DNA of 32,000 nt, taken from positions 1,968,754 to 2,000,753 of the forward strand of contig OZ252279.1 of assembly GCA_965250005.1 (NCBI GenBank). The letters run 5' to 3'. The notes beneath the pieces are model-generated. The model was not told where the DNA came from. It did no database searches and saw only the letters and a program-made list of their open reading frames with translations. Positions 9,752 to 18,398 of this stretch are shown here, one piece after another (the stretch's first letter is position 1; the number at the start of each line of letters is the position of its first letter). This DNA comes from Demequinaceae bacterium. Lineage in GTDB: Bacteria; Actinomycetota; Actinomycetes; Actinomycetales; Demequinaceae. A program made the translations under genes and the position numbers.

Positions 9752-10486
9752 ATGACAGATGCCGTTCGCGCCGATGGCCGCGCTCTCGACCAACTTCGCC
9801 CAGTCACGTTCGAACGCGATTGGCAACAGTCCGCGGAGGGCTCGTGCCTCATGTCGTTCGGGGACACCAAGGTGCTTTGCGCAGCTTCGTTCACGCCGGG
9901 CGTCCCGCGCTGGAAAAAGGGAGGCGGCGAGGGCTGGGTGACCGCCGAGTACGCCATGCTTCCGCGAGCAACGGGAAGCCGCAATTCGCGCGAGAGCGTG
10001 CGCGGCAAGATTGGCGGGCGTACCCACGAGATTTCTCGGCTGATCGGCCGCTCGCTACGGGCCATTGTTGACGTCAAGGCACTCGGAGAGAACACCATCA
10101 TGCTGGACTGCGACGTGCTCCAGGCTGACGGAGGCACTCGCACCGCAGCCATCACCGGCGCCTACCTCGCGCTTGCCGATGCCGTGGCTTGGGGCAAGGA
10201 AAACGGCGCCATTCCCGCTACTGCGAGCCCGCTTCTCGACACGGTCAGCGCGATCAGCGTCGGAATCGTCGACGGAACTCCCATGCTCGATTTACCCTAT
10301 GTCGAGGACGTGCGAGCGGAGACCGATATGAATGTAGTCATGACAGGCAGAGGCTTGTTTGTCGAGGTGCAGGGCACCGCGGAGGCCGCCCCGTTCGACA
10401 AGTCTGAACTCGATGCGATGCTCGCGCTCGCAACTGCGGGAAACGCCACCCTGGCAACCGCCCAAGTTGCCGCGCTGGACGGCTAG
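9752..10486 (+). CDS. rph: Ribonuclease PH
   Basis: 244 aa. [19 protein letters not shown]..., [17 protein letters not shown] and [19 protein letters not shown] are typical RNase PH segments. Confidence 0.95.
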   Translation: MTDAVRADGRALDQLRPVTFERDWQQSAEGSCLMSFGDTKVLCAASFTPGVPRWKKGGGEGWVTAEYAMLPRATGSRNSRESVRGKIGGRTHEISRLIGRSLRAIVDVKALGENTIMLDCDVLQADGGTRTAAITGAYLALADAVAWGKENGAIPATASPLLDTVSAISVGIVDGTPMLDLPYVEDVRAETDMNVVMTGRGLFVEVQGTAEAAPFDKSELDAMLALATAGNATLATAQVAALDG

Positions 10487-10488
10487 CG

Positions 10489-11946
10489 ATGGCGGTCGAA
10501 CTTGGTGCGCGCCTGGCTATCGCGACGCATAACATGCACAAGGCGCGCGAGATCATGGACATCCTCGCGGACACCGTCCCTGATCTGACTCCTCGACAAG
10601 TTGTCACATCCAAGGACGTGGGTTCAGTCGCTCCCGACGAGACCGGATCCTCGTTCGAAGAGAATGCGCTCATCAAGGCTCGCGCGCTCGCCCGTGACAC
10701 GGGATTGCTGTCAATTGCCGACGACTCCGGGCTGTGCGTCGAGGTAATGAACGGATCGCCCGGCATCTTCAGCGCGCGGTGGGCGGGAACGCTTGGCGAC
10801 GACGCGGAGAATCTCAGCCTGCTAGTCGCGCAACTCGCGGACATCCCCGTTGCGCAGCGCGGCGCAAACTTCACGTGTGCGGCAGCCGCGGTGCTTCCTG
10901 ACGGCACCGAAATCGTCAAGGTTGCGCGCGTTGAGGGAGACCTCACAACTGCCCCGCGCGGAACTGGCGGGTTTGGCTACGACCCCATTTTCATGGCCGA
11001 CGGCAAGGACGTCACCAACGCGGAGTTGTCCCCTAACGAGAAGAACGCCATGTCGCACCGGGGCCAAGCCTTCCGGGCACTCGCTGTTGAGATTGCGAAG
11101 CTCATCCCGTCCGAATCCGTGCCGATGACATCAGAAATCATGACGGTCGGCGCTGCCGCAGCGCAAGCCGCCGCGGCGGCAGCGCAAGCCGCCGCTGACG
11201 CCGCCGTAGGCGCGGCCAAAGAAGCTGCGGCTCAGGCCGCGGCCCTGTCAGGGACCAATCGGGCGCTGGCAGAAGAGGGCGGGCCCGCAGACACCGCACC
11301 AGCACCGTCGCCGCAGGGCGCGCCTGCCGAGCCGCGGGGAGTTGCCGCAACAGAAGCTCAGGCGCAGCCCGCTCCTTCTGCCGCCGTGTCGCAAGCCGTG
11401 GCGGAACCTGGGCGGGAAACATCACCTACACCGGATACCCCGCCTGAGCCTCTAGAGGGCGCTGGGTCGGAGCCCGCGCCGGGCTTCTTTGCCCCATCAG
11501 ACATCATCAAGGCTGGGCTCAACGTGCTCGTGCTCGGCCCGGTGCCGTTCACGTTTGGCGAGGAGCCCCACTACTACCCGGCCGAAGGTGACCAGTTTTG
11601 GAAGTTACTCGCGAGCGCCGGGTTTACGCGGTCACTCATAAAGTCGGACGAGGACCAAAAAGTGCTTTCCTACAGCGTCGGGCTGACGTGCGACGTAGAC
11701 GGGATCAAAGACAAAGTTGAGCGCACGCGTCCCAAGTGGCTCGCTGTCAACGGCAAGGATGTCGCGGTCGCGCTCGGAAAGAATCTCGGCCGCCCGGCTC
11801 CCGGCTTCGGCGTACCTGAATGGCAGTTGGGAACGACCAAGATCTACGTGCTCCCCGGCAGCGGAGCGGACGTGGTGGGTCCGTGGGGCTCCAAGACTTC
11901 GCGCCCAGCGTGGTGGAAGGATCTGGCCGAACTGATCCGCACGTAG
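10489..11946 (+). CDS. rdgB: RdgB/HAM1 non-canonical purine NTP pyrophosphatase fused to an Ala/Pro-rich linker and a C-terminal Mug/TDG-like UDG-superfamily domain
   Basis: Single uninterrupted 485-codon ORF. Residues ~1-205 carry RdgB motifs (IATHNMHKAREI, ETGSSFEENALIKA, ADDSGLCVEVMNGSPGIFSARW, FGYDPIF, KNAMSHRGQAF). Residues ~206-334 are low-complexity A/P/Q-rich. Residues ~335-485 (DIIKAGLNVLVLGPVPF...QFWKLLASAGFTRSLIKSDEDQKVLSYSVGLTCDVD...IYVLPGSGAD) align by eye with E. coli Mug (DILAPGLRVVFCGINPG...[36 protein letters not shown]...IWVLPNPSGLS). Confidence 0.8.
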   Translation: MAVELGARLAIATHNMHKAREIMDILADTVPDLTPRQVVTSKDVGSVAPDETGSSFEENALIKARALARDTGLLSIADDSGLCVEVMNGSPGIFSARWAGTLGDDAENLSLLVAQLADIPVAQRGANFTCAAAAVLPDGTEIVKVARVEGDLTTAPRGTGGFGYDPIFMADGKDVTNAELSPNEKNAMSHRGQAFRALAVEIAKLIPSESVPMTSEIMTVGAAAAQAAAAAAQAAADAAVGAAKEAAAQAAALSGTNRALAEEGGPADTAPAPSPQGAPAEPRGVAATEAQAQPAPSAAVSQAVAEPGRETSPTPDTPPEPLEGAGSEPAPGFFAPSDIIKAGLNVLVLGPVPFTFGEEPHYYPAEGDQFWKLLASAGFTRSLIKSDEDQKVLSYSVGLTCDVDGIKDKVERTRPKWLAVNGKDVAVALGKNLGRPAPGFGVPEWQLGTTKIYVLPGSGADVVGPWGSKTSRPAWWKDLAELIRT

Positions 11947-11982
11947 CCTCTGGCTCTTTGGGGGTGTGGCCGTCGTACCGCA

Positions 11983-12525
11983 CTAGTGCAGTGCGCCCAC
12001 CGAAGCGAGACCTTGGCGAAGAAGCACGGCTTGACCTCCGTGCATCTCGCGCCCGATCTGGGCGCTTGCGGCCTCCTCTGGCGTGACCCAGGTGATGTCC
12101 AACGCGTCGCGAGACGGCTCGCAATCACCGTCGACGGGTACTACGAATGCCAACGACACCGCGTGCTGACGCGAGTCGTAGAATTTTGACACCCCAATGG
12201 TAGGGAAGTACTCAGCGACGGTGAACGGCTGGGGCGACGGGGGGACACGCGGCATGGCTACCGGTCCGAGGTCCTTCTCGATGTGGCGTACCAGGGCGTC
12301 GCGAATGCGCTCGTGGTACAGGACGCGCCCCGACACGAGGGCGCGAGTCATCGCGCCGTCGACCGCGCGCAACAGCAGGCCTACCTCGGTCACCTCACCG
12401 GTGGCGTTGATGCGCACGGGGATCGCATCGACGTAGACCATGGGAAGGGTCTTGCGGATGTAGTCCAACTCTTTGTCTGAGAGCCAGCCGCCAGGCTCGG
12501 GAGGTGCCTCGTCCACGTCGGTCAT
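11983..12525 (-). CDS. Nudix-fold-like protein with a degenerate Nudix box (DUF4916-like)
   Basis: ORF track gives 11983..12555 with a TTG start; I prefer the ATG at 12525 (MTDVDEAPPEPGGWLSDKELDYIRKTLPMVYVDAIPVR...). The segment GRVLYHERIRDALVRHIEKDLGP fits the spacing of the Nudix box Gx5Ex7REUxEExGU, but the catalytic RE..EE is replaced by RH..KD. The family name is from memory. Confidence 0.55.
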   Translation of the reverse strand: MTDVDEAPPEPGGWLSDKELDYIRKTLPMVYVDAIPVRINATGEVTEVGLLLRAVDGAMTRALVSGRVLYHERIRDALVRHIEKDLGPVAMPRVPPSPQPFTVAEYFPTIGVSKFYDSRQHAVSLAFVVPVDGDCEPSRDALDITWVTPEEAASAQIGREMHGGQAVLLRQGLASVGALH

Positions 12526-12591
12526 ACCATATTTGTACCTTGTCGGTGCGCCCAATTCACGCCCCGCGCCGGGGTATGTGAGGCTTATTGT

Positions 12592-12617
12592 GGAATACGT
12601 TCGTGGTAGCCCGCGTT
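12592..12617 (+). promoter_or_regulatory. SigH/SigR-type (thiol-oxidative-stress ECF sigma) promoter upstream of trxA
   Basis: GGAAT (12592-12596), an exactly 18-nt spacer, then GTT (12615-12617). This matches the published GGAAT-N18-GTT consensus of Streptomyces SigR and mycobacterial/corynebacterial SigH. It lies about 40 nt upstream of the trxA ATG at 12657. No other ggaat I noticed on the + strand of the bacterial part is followed by GTT at this spacing. Confidence 0.6.
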
Positions 12618-12656
12618 ATCGCATCCGGAAGCACGTGGCCACATGAAAGGAACAAC

Positions 12657-13028
12657 ATGGCAACCGTGGAACTCACCACAGAAACGTTTGATCAAACAGT
12701 GAGCAAGGACGGCATCGTCCTTGTGGACTTCTGGGCGGAATGGTGCGGGCCGTGTAAGCGATTCGGGCCCATCTTCGAGGAGTCGTCAGAGAAGTACGGT
12801 CAGATCACTCACGCCAAGGTTGACACCGAAGCTCACGGCGAACTGGGAGCGAAGTTTGGCGTCACGGCCATTCCTACCCTCATGGCATTTCGCGATGGCG
12901 TCATGGTCTTCAACCAGGCGGGCGCTCTTCCGGCTCCCGCACTACAGCAGGTGATCGATGCCGTCGAGGGCCTCGACATGGAAGACGTCCGCAAGCAGAT
13001 CGCGGAGCACAATTCCGACCACGCCTAG
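12657..13028 (+). CDS. trxA: Thioredoxin
   Basis: ORF track gives 12588..13028; I prefer the ATG at 12657, preceded by an AAAGGA RBS. The 123-aa product has the WCGPC active site (VLVDFWAEWCGPCKRFGPIF). Confidence 0.95.
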   Translation: MATVELTTETFDQTVSKDGIVLVDFWAEWCGPCKRFGPIFEESSEKYGQITHAKVDTEAHGELGAKFGVTAIPTLMAFRDGVMVFNQAGALPAPALQQVIDAVEGLDMEDVRKQIAEHNSDHA

Positions 13029-13059
13029 TGTCACATCACCTTGTCCCGGCGAGGATAAC

Positions 13060-13095
13060 GGAGGCCCCTCCTGAGTCCAGGAGGGGCCTCCGTTT
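13060..13095 (+). terminator. Intrinsic terminator hairpin downstream of trxA
   Basis: Perfect 12-bp GC-rich stem ggaggcccctcc / ggaggggcctcc with an 8-nt loop, followed by gTTTc. It starts 32 nt after the trxA stop. Confidence 0.7.
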
Positions 13096-13101
13096 CGCCA
13101 G

Positions 13102-13186
13102 TGGTGCGCGAGGGGGGACTTGAACCCCCACGTCCGAAGACACTGGTACCTAAAACCAGCGCGTCTGCCAATTCCGCCACTCGCGC
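13102..13186 (-). tRNA. tRNA-Leu (anticodon UAG), CCA encoded
   Basis: The reverse complement reads GCGCGAGTGGCGGAATTGGCAGACGCGCTGGTTTTAGGTACCAGTGTCTTCGGACGTGGGGGTTCAAGTCCCCCCTCGCGCACCA. It has a 7-bp acceptor stem, anticodon loop TTTAGGT (UAG), a long variable arm and a GGTTCAAGTCC T-arm. Confidence 0.9.
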
Positions 13187-13237
13187 GAGTAACCCAGGAT
13201 ACGGCCTTTCGGCGGGGACCTTCGCGCGGGTGAGTCG

Positions 13238-13705
13238 CTAGGAGAGCCGGAGGTCGCGACGCAGCTTCGCCACGTGGCCCCCCGCCTTGACGTTGTACTG
13301 CGCGAGTTCGATCAGGCCTGCGGGATCGACGACGAAAGTTGAGCGAATGACACCGACCGAAATCTTCCCGTAGTTCGTTTTGTCGCCCCACGTTCCGTAT
13401 GCAGTGTGGACGGACTTGTCCGGGTCGGAGGCCAACGGAAACGTCAGGGATTCCTTCTCGCGGAATTGCGCGAGTTTCTCGGGGGAGTCAGGAGACACGC
13501 CGACGACAACGTAGCCCTCGCTCGCGAGTGAGGCAAGGGAGTCACGAAAGTCGCACGCCTGCTTGGTGCAGCCGCTCGTCATCGCGGCGGGGTAGAAGTA
13601 GATGATGACGTGCTTGCCACGGTGATCAGCGAGCGCGAAGGTTCCCTCGTCGGTGTCGAGCGTGAAGTCGGGGGCGACGTCGCCCACTGAGAGTTTTGTA
13701 GTCAT
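13238..13705 (-). CDS. bcp: Thioredoxin-dependent thiol peroxidase (peroxiredoxin Bcp)
   Basis: 155 aa. VIIYFYPAAMTSGCTKQACDFRD contains the peroxidatic Cys motif of Bcp/PrxQ, and the rest is AhpC/TSA-like. Confidence 0.9.
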   Translation of the reverse strand: MTTKLSVGDVAPDFTLDTDEGTFALADHRGKHVIIYFYPAAMTSGCTKQACDFRDSLASLASEGYVVVGVSPDSPEKLAQFREKESLTFPLASDPDKSVHTAYGTWGDKTNYGKISVGVIRSTFVVDPAGLIELAQYNVKAGGHVAKLRRDLRLS

Positions 13706-13816
13706 GTTGCTCAGAATATCCTGGTGCGTACGGTCGCCTAGTCCAAAGCGGGGGCGGTGCCGTTGCGGTCAGACCCTGGTGTCGGTACCGTCAGAACCAC
13801 CGAGGGGCGGTGTTCG

Positions 13817-16800
13817 ATGGCGAACCAAGCGCGCGGGGGATCCGCAGCCGTGAGTTGTCCGCTGTGCGGAGACATGGTCGACCGGTCGCTCGAATCCCGT
13901 TGCGCCTCATGCGGAATGGACGCGAGCGACCCGGCCGTGGATCAGGTACTTCAGGCGGATGCGGACTGGCAGGCTTATCAGCAGCAATATGACTCGCTGC
14001 TTCGCGATTGGGACGGTCTCAAGGTTCGGCGCGAAACGCTGATCACTCACCTGCTGGCGACGCGAGTCATGCCGGGCGCAACGTCCGCCGTAGCCGCGCC
14101 CGCTGAGGCGCCAGGTCATGCCGCTGCTCTGGCTGTTCCGGCTTCCGCTGCCGTCGGTGCGGCATCCGCAACGGCCGCTGCGTCTCCCCCTCCCTCCTGG
14201 TCCGACGCTCCGGCGCCGACCGCTAGGCGGCCCAAGCCTGTGCGCGCTACACCGCGCAAACTCACCGCACCCAACTTGCTGGGTGTCTCTGGAGCCGCAC
14301 TGCTGATTGCGGCGGCCTTGGTCTTTATCGCCATCACGTGGGCCACCATCTCGCCTGTTTTGCAGGCGCTCGCGATTCTGGCAGTAGCGGCAGGCACAGC
14401 GACACTGTCGCGCTGGCTCACACGGCAAGACTTGCCCGTTTCTGGCGGTGCTGTCGGCGTGGTCGCCATGACATTCGCCGGGGTCTCCGTCATTGGGTTC
14501 GACCGCGGTACTGACCTTTTTGGCTCCTATGTGGCCCCAGCGGCAATGGCGATCACTACGCTCGCCGGTATTGTCATGTCGCGGCAAGGCATCCGGTGGG
14601 TGGGATCCACGGCGGCGGCGTCCCTCATGGGCATCGGGGTCGGTTTCACTTTCGCGAGTTCGGACGTGCTGTCTTTCACTCACGCGGCGCAATGGGCGGT
14701 TACCGGGGCATTGACGTCGCTTGCAGTGCTGGCGAGTTACCAGATATGGAGGACTGACGCTCAGCGCGCGGTGGTGAAGTACGGAGCGGTTGGGTGGATC
14801 TCTGCTACCGCGATTCCCGCAGTCTTCAATGGGTCCGCAGGAGCTGACCTCGCGTTGCCGACGGTCGTCGCTGCGCTCTTTTCTGTGATTCTTCTGGTGG
14901 TGCTTGCCTCGTGGTGGCCGCTCGTGACACTCGGACCCGCAACAGTTCTGTTCACCGCGCTCAGCGCGTCCTCGAGCTACTTGGCAGGAGGAACAGCCTG
15001 GCTCTATGTGGCGGGAGCCGCCATTGCCGCGGGCATTATCAGTCTCGTGGGACGACGCGTGCGTTCGGAGTGGGCGCCACCGATTTTGTGGGGCCTGTTG
15101 CCTGCCTTCGTTGCAGGGGTTATAGGGACGGTCGCGGCTGTGATCGGAGTCACGGTCAGTTTCTTGTTCTTTGGGTCGCCCGTTAATGTCGGCCAAACGA
15201 GCCTCTGGGCTGGCGCAGCCACTCTGCTTCTCGCTGCCGCTTGCGGCGCGTTCCAATGGTGGCAGCACGGCACAGGGGTCGCGAGAAGCGTTCAGGTGAT
15301 GGGCGCGATTGCCGCAACAGCAGGGGCGCCTCTGCTCGCGTACGCAATCGTCGACCTCAATTTCACGGGCCGGAGCCATGCACTCGCGCTCGGGTTGCTG
15401 TGCGCAGGGCTTGCCATCGCCGCAACGGCGATGATGTTCCGCGACTCGGCAGCGCGCTGGACCGCTGTAATCGGAGCGACGGCGTGGACGACCGTTTCGG
15501 GGTTGGTGGGAGCATACGTGCTCGCCACTAACGCCCTCCCTCTACCTGCAGGGATTGCCGTTGCGTTTGCGGCAGTGGCGATTCTTGCCGTCGCGGCGAC
15601 CCGCTTCCCGCGGGTGACTGCCGGTCCCGCGGCCTTCCTGGCCACCTACTCGGTCGGTGCGCTCATCTTGGCGGTGGGTGGAGGCCAGGCGCAAATGTGG
15701 GCTGGCGCTGCCGCCGTAGGCGCGATGCTGCTCTGGGCCACCTTTCGCTTGCCTGCAAGGTGGAGGCTCCCGGTCAGCCTGGGAGCAGTTCCGGCGGTAC
15801 TGGTCTCCGCATTTATCACCCTCGGAAGCGCGATCCGCGTGTTTGAGCGCTTCTCCGACGGGGGTAGCAGCGGTGCGATCGAGGCGGCCAGCGTGTGGCC
15901 CAGTCTCTCCGGAATCTTCGCCGCAGTCGGTTTGGCTGCGTTCGCCCGCATGGACGCGCTCACGTCCAGAGCCGCTGCCATCTCCGGAATCGGTGTAGCG
16001 ATGGTTCTGGCAGGGGCCGTGACCGGCACGTACGTGCTCGCGGGAGCGTTGGGGCTTTCCGGCGCGTCGAGCGTCGCGGTTAGCGGCGCGACCATTGCGT
16101 TGCTGGTAGCAGCCGTTGTGATGATGTGGCCGGGCAGCGGCGCGCGCTGGGGAAACGGAATTGGCGCGACTGGCCTGCTTACCATCGCGGGTCTCAACGG
16201 GGCAGCGGCTCTGGCAGATCCCGATGGGTCTCTGTGGCTCGGAATCGCGACGGTCGTTGGCCCCATCGTGGTTCTTGCCGTGTTTGCGCGGTGGTGGCCA
16301 CGCCTGACGCTTGGTCCAGCCGCGCTGCTGGCGACCGTCGGCGCCGCCTCGGGGGCAAGCCATGCGAACCTTCCGGTGGCCGCCCACGTGACGGCGGCAC
16401 TCGCGGCTGCGGCGAGCGTAGCCTGGCTTGTCACATTCCTTGCGCCTCGATTCATACGTCCGCTGCTTGTGGGGACGGTGCCCGCGGTAATTGTCGGCGG
16501 TCTGTGGGTTGCTGCCGTCGCGCTGCAGTCGATGGCGGCCACTCTGTCTGGGAGTGGTGGCGAGCTGAGTCAGCGAGATGCCACGTGGGCACTCGCGGCA
16601 GCTTTGCTTTTGGTGATCGCGATGGCGAGTAGCAGACGGCTAGCCCAGTTCGGCCAACTCGCGGCGGCGGCGGCACTCGTGGGCAGCGTGGCGGTCCTCG
16701 GCGCCGCAGTGGTTGGTACGGCCCTACTCGCGCCCACGTGGGACGGCGCTAACATCCCCATGGCTGCCGCGGCGCTCGCGTGCACCATCGGTGCGGCAAT

Positions 16801-18346
16801 AGCCATCCCGGTATGGCGTGAGCGGCCCATGCGGTACGTCTCAGGAATCGGCCTGGTCGCCTGGCTGACTGCGACGCAGGCACGGGGACTCTTCGACCTC
16901 TACTGGAGCCCCGAGACATGGCGGGTGGGGTTATCCGTCGCTGCGATCGCGATCGCCCTCCTCGTGACATTTGGTCGTTGGTGGCCCCGGGTCACGCTAG
17001 CATCCGCCGCGTTTCTGTTCACCGCGGCGGCGCTTGCGGGCCTTGGCCACTGGGCGGCGCCCGAGGCGTCGCTCCTCATGCTTTCAGGCGCCGTTGTCGG
17101 CGTGGCGTGGATCGCGGCGGCCGTCACGCGCGGTCGCAGGCTGCCGCTCATCTACGGCGTGGCGCCCGCAAGTGTGGCAGTCGCCGCCGTTCTCGCCTGG
17201 AACCTTCCCGTGAGCCTCGCGAATGCTGTGGGCCTGCTCGACTCAAGGTTTGAGCGCATCGAGTACTGGACGGCGGCGCTAGCGGTGGCGGGCGCGGCAG
17301 CGGTCTTCGCATGGAAGCCCGCGCGCGAGCGAGCCGGCTGGGTGGCGTTGCCGTTCGCGGCTGTCGCTGCCGCGCACGTTCCTCAGTACGCCGCATGGAT
17401 GGGACTCGCCGCGCTTGGCGCCATCGCTGTTATCTTCCGTCAGCGCCTGCGCACACCGCCAGAGGCTGTACTCATCTACGTGGTCGGTTCGCTCACCTAC
17501 ACGCGAGCGCCGCGTGACCTCGCGATAGCAGCACTCATTGGGTTCGCGCTCGCGCTCTGGACCGCCGCGCACGTCGAGGGCAATCGCAAGCAGGGCGCGC
17601 TGGCGCTTGTGCCGGCATTTGCCGCCGCGGCGGCGGCAGGCGGGGCCGCGACGTTCGGCGCGACCCAGGCGTTCATTGCGCTCGCGGGGCTTGTAGCCGC
17701 CATGGCGGGCGCGGTGCTGCTCGCGCGCTCCAGGCTCGCGCCGCTCCCGATCGTCACACGCTCCGTGGTGGCTGCCACCGCGCTCGGGATCCCTCCGCTC
17801 GCCGGCAGCCTCTCGGCCATCGGGATGCTCATGCTTGTATCCGGCGCCGCGATGCTCACCATGGCCGTACTCGGTTGGCGTCCCGCTCGTTTCCTCACCG
17901 CGCTCGCCTTCTCCCTGGGCTCGGCGCTCATCTTCGCTGATGCTGGCGTCACCGTGATCGAGGCCTATTCCGGCGTGCCAGCCCTCACCACGCTTGGCGT
18001 GGGGCTGTGGTGGCTGTCGGACGACGCTCGCATGCGCACCTTCGCGGCGCTGTCTCCGGGTTTGGGCCTGCTGGTGCTGCCCAGCGTTGTCGCGCTCGCC
18101 TTGGACGTGAACCATGTCGCACGCACGCTCGCGATGACGGGAGGAATCCTCTTGCTGGCGTGGTGGGGAGTGAAAGCACGCTGGTTTGCTCCGGTCATCG
18201 CAGCGGCTGTTGGCGCAGCGAGCGTGTCCGTCACTCAAGTGATTGGCAGCTCCACTGTGGTGCCAATCTGGATTTCGCTCGGCACGGTTGGCGCACTGCT
18301 CGTTACGCTCGCTGCGACATACGAGAAACTCAAGGATCTGCGTTGA
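13817..18346 (+). CDS. Giant polytopic membrane protein with an N-terminal zinc ribbon and repeated ~230-aa transmembrane modules (SCO7613-like architecture; function unknown)
   Basis: ORF track gives 13757..18346; I prefer the ATG at 13817, preceded by a GAGGGG RBS. The N-terminus has CPLCG...CASCG, followed by a short helical region and an Ala-rich linker. The rest is almost entirely hydrophobic helices. The anchor motif (W/R)(W/F)P(L/R)(V/L)T(L/A)GPA recurs at nt 14912, 15602, 16292 and 16979. Confidence 0.8.
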   Translation: MANQARGGSAAVSCPLCGDMVDRSLESRCASCGMDASDPAVDQVLQADADWQAYQQQYDSLLRDWDGLKVRRETLITHLLATRVMPGATSAVAAPAEAPGHAAALAVPASAAVGAASATAAASPPPSWSDAPAPTARRPKPVRATPRKLTAPNLLGVSGAALLIAAALVFIAITWATISPVLQALAILAVAAGTATLSRWLTRQDLPVSGGAVGVVAMTFAGVSVIGFDRGTDLFGSYVAPAAMAITTLAGIVMSRQGIRWVGSTAAASLMGIGVGFTFASSDVLSFTHAAQWAVTGALTSLAVLASYQIWRTDAQRAVVKYGAVGWISATAIPAVFNGSAGADLALPTVVAALFSVILLVVLASWWPLVTLGPATVLFTALSASSSYLAGGTAWLYVAGAAIAAGIISLVGRRVRSEWAPPILWGLLPAFVAGVIGTVAAVIGVTVSFLFFGSPVNVGQTSLWAGAATLLLAAACGAFQWWQHGTGVARSVQVMGAIAATAGAPLLAYAIVDLNFTGRSHALALGLLCAGLAIAATAMMFRDSAARWTAVIGATAWTTVSGLVGAYVLATNALPLPAGIAVAFAAVAILAVAATRFPRVTAGPAAFLATYSVGALILAVGGGQAQMWAGAAAVGAMLLWATFRLPARWRLPVSLGAVPAVLVSAFITLGSAIRVFERFSDGGSSGAIEAASVWPSLSGIFAAVGLAAFARMDALTSRAAAISGIGVAMVLAGAVTGTYVLAGALGLSGASSVAVSGATIALLVAAVVMMWPGSGARWGNGIGATGLLTIAGLNGAAALADPDGSLWLGIATVVGPIVVLAVFARWWPRLTLGPAALLATVGAASGASHANLPVAAHVTAALAAAASVAWLVTFLAPRFIRPLLVGTVPAVIVGGLWVAAVALQSMAATLSGSGGELSQRDATWALAAALLLVIAMASSRRLAQFGQLAAAAALVGSVAVLGAAVVGTALLAPTWDGANIPMAAAALACTIGAAIAIPVWRERPMRYVSGIGLVAWLTATQARGLFDLYWSPETWRVGLSVAAIAIALLVTFGRWWPRVTLASAAFLFTAAALAGLGHWAAPEASLLMLSGAVVGVAWIAAAVTRGRRLPLIYGVAPASVAVAAVLAWNLPVSLANAVGLLDSRFERIEYWTAALAVAGAAAVFAWKPARERAGWVALPFAAVAAAHVPQYAAWMGLAALGAIAVIFRQRLRTPPEAVLIYVVGSLTYTRAPRDLAIAALIGFALALWTAAHVEGNRKQGALALVPAFAAAAAAGGAATFGATQAFIALAGLVAAMAGAVLLARSRLAPLPIVTRSVVAATALGIPPLAGSLSAIGMLMLVSGAAMLTMAVLGWRPARFLTALAFSLGSALIFADAGVTVIEAYSGVPALTTLGVGLWWLSDDARMRTFAALSPGLGLLVLPSVVALALDVNHVARTLAMTGGILLLAWWGVKARWFAPVIAAAVGAASVSVTQVIGSSTVVPIWISLGTVGALLVTLAATYEKLKDLR

Positions 18347-18398
18347 TGGGCAGCTGAGTTTCGGTGTCAGGGGAGAGCCTGGTAAAGTTGCTGGCCGC

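Noticed and set aside
11104-11490. The Ala/Pro-rich linker of the RdgB fusion as a separate gene or non-coding spacer.
   Set aside because: No stop codon interrupts the frame between the two recognisable domains, so as written it is one ORF. A sequencing error that removed a stop cannot be excluded and is listed as a refutation test in the finding.
13907-15379. Long antisense ORFs opposite real genes. Examples are 13907..15379 (490 aa), 15646..16542, 17279..18238, 8237..9061, 26428..27405, 6722..7435 and 245..652.
   Set aside because: Stop codons are rare in all frames of very GC-rich DNA. These ORFs translate to Arg/Pro/Gly/Ser-rich low-complexity sequence without motifs, and each overlaps a gene with clear family signatures on the other strand.
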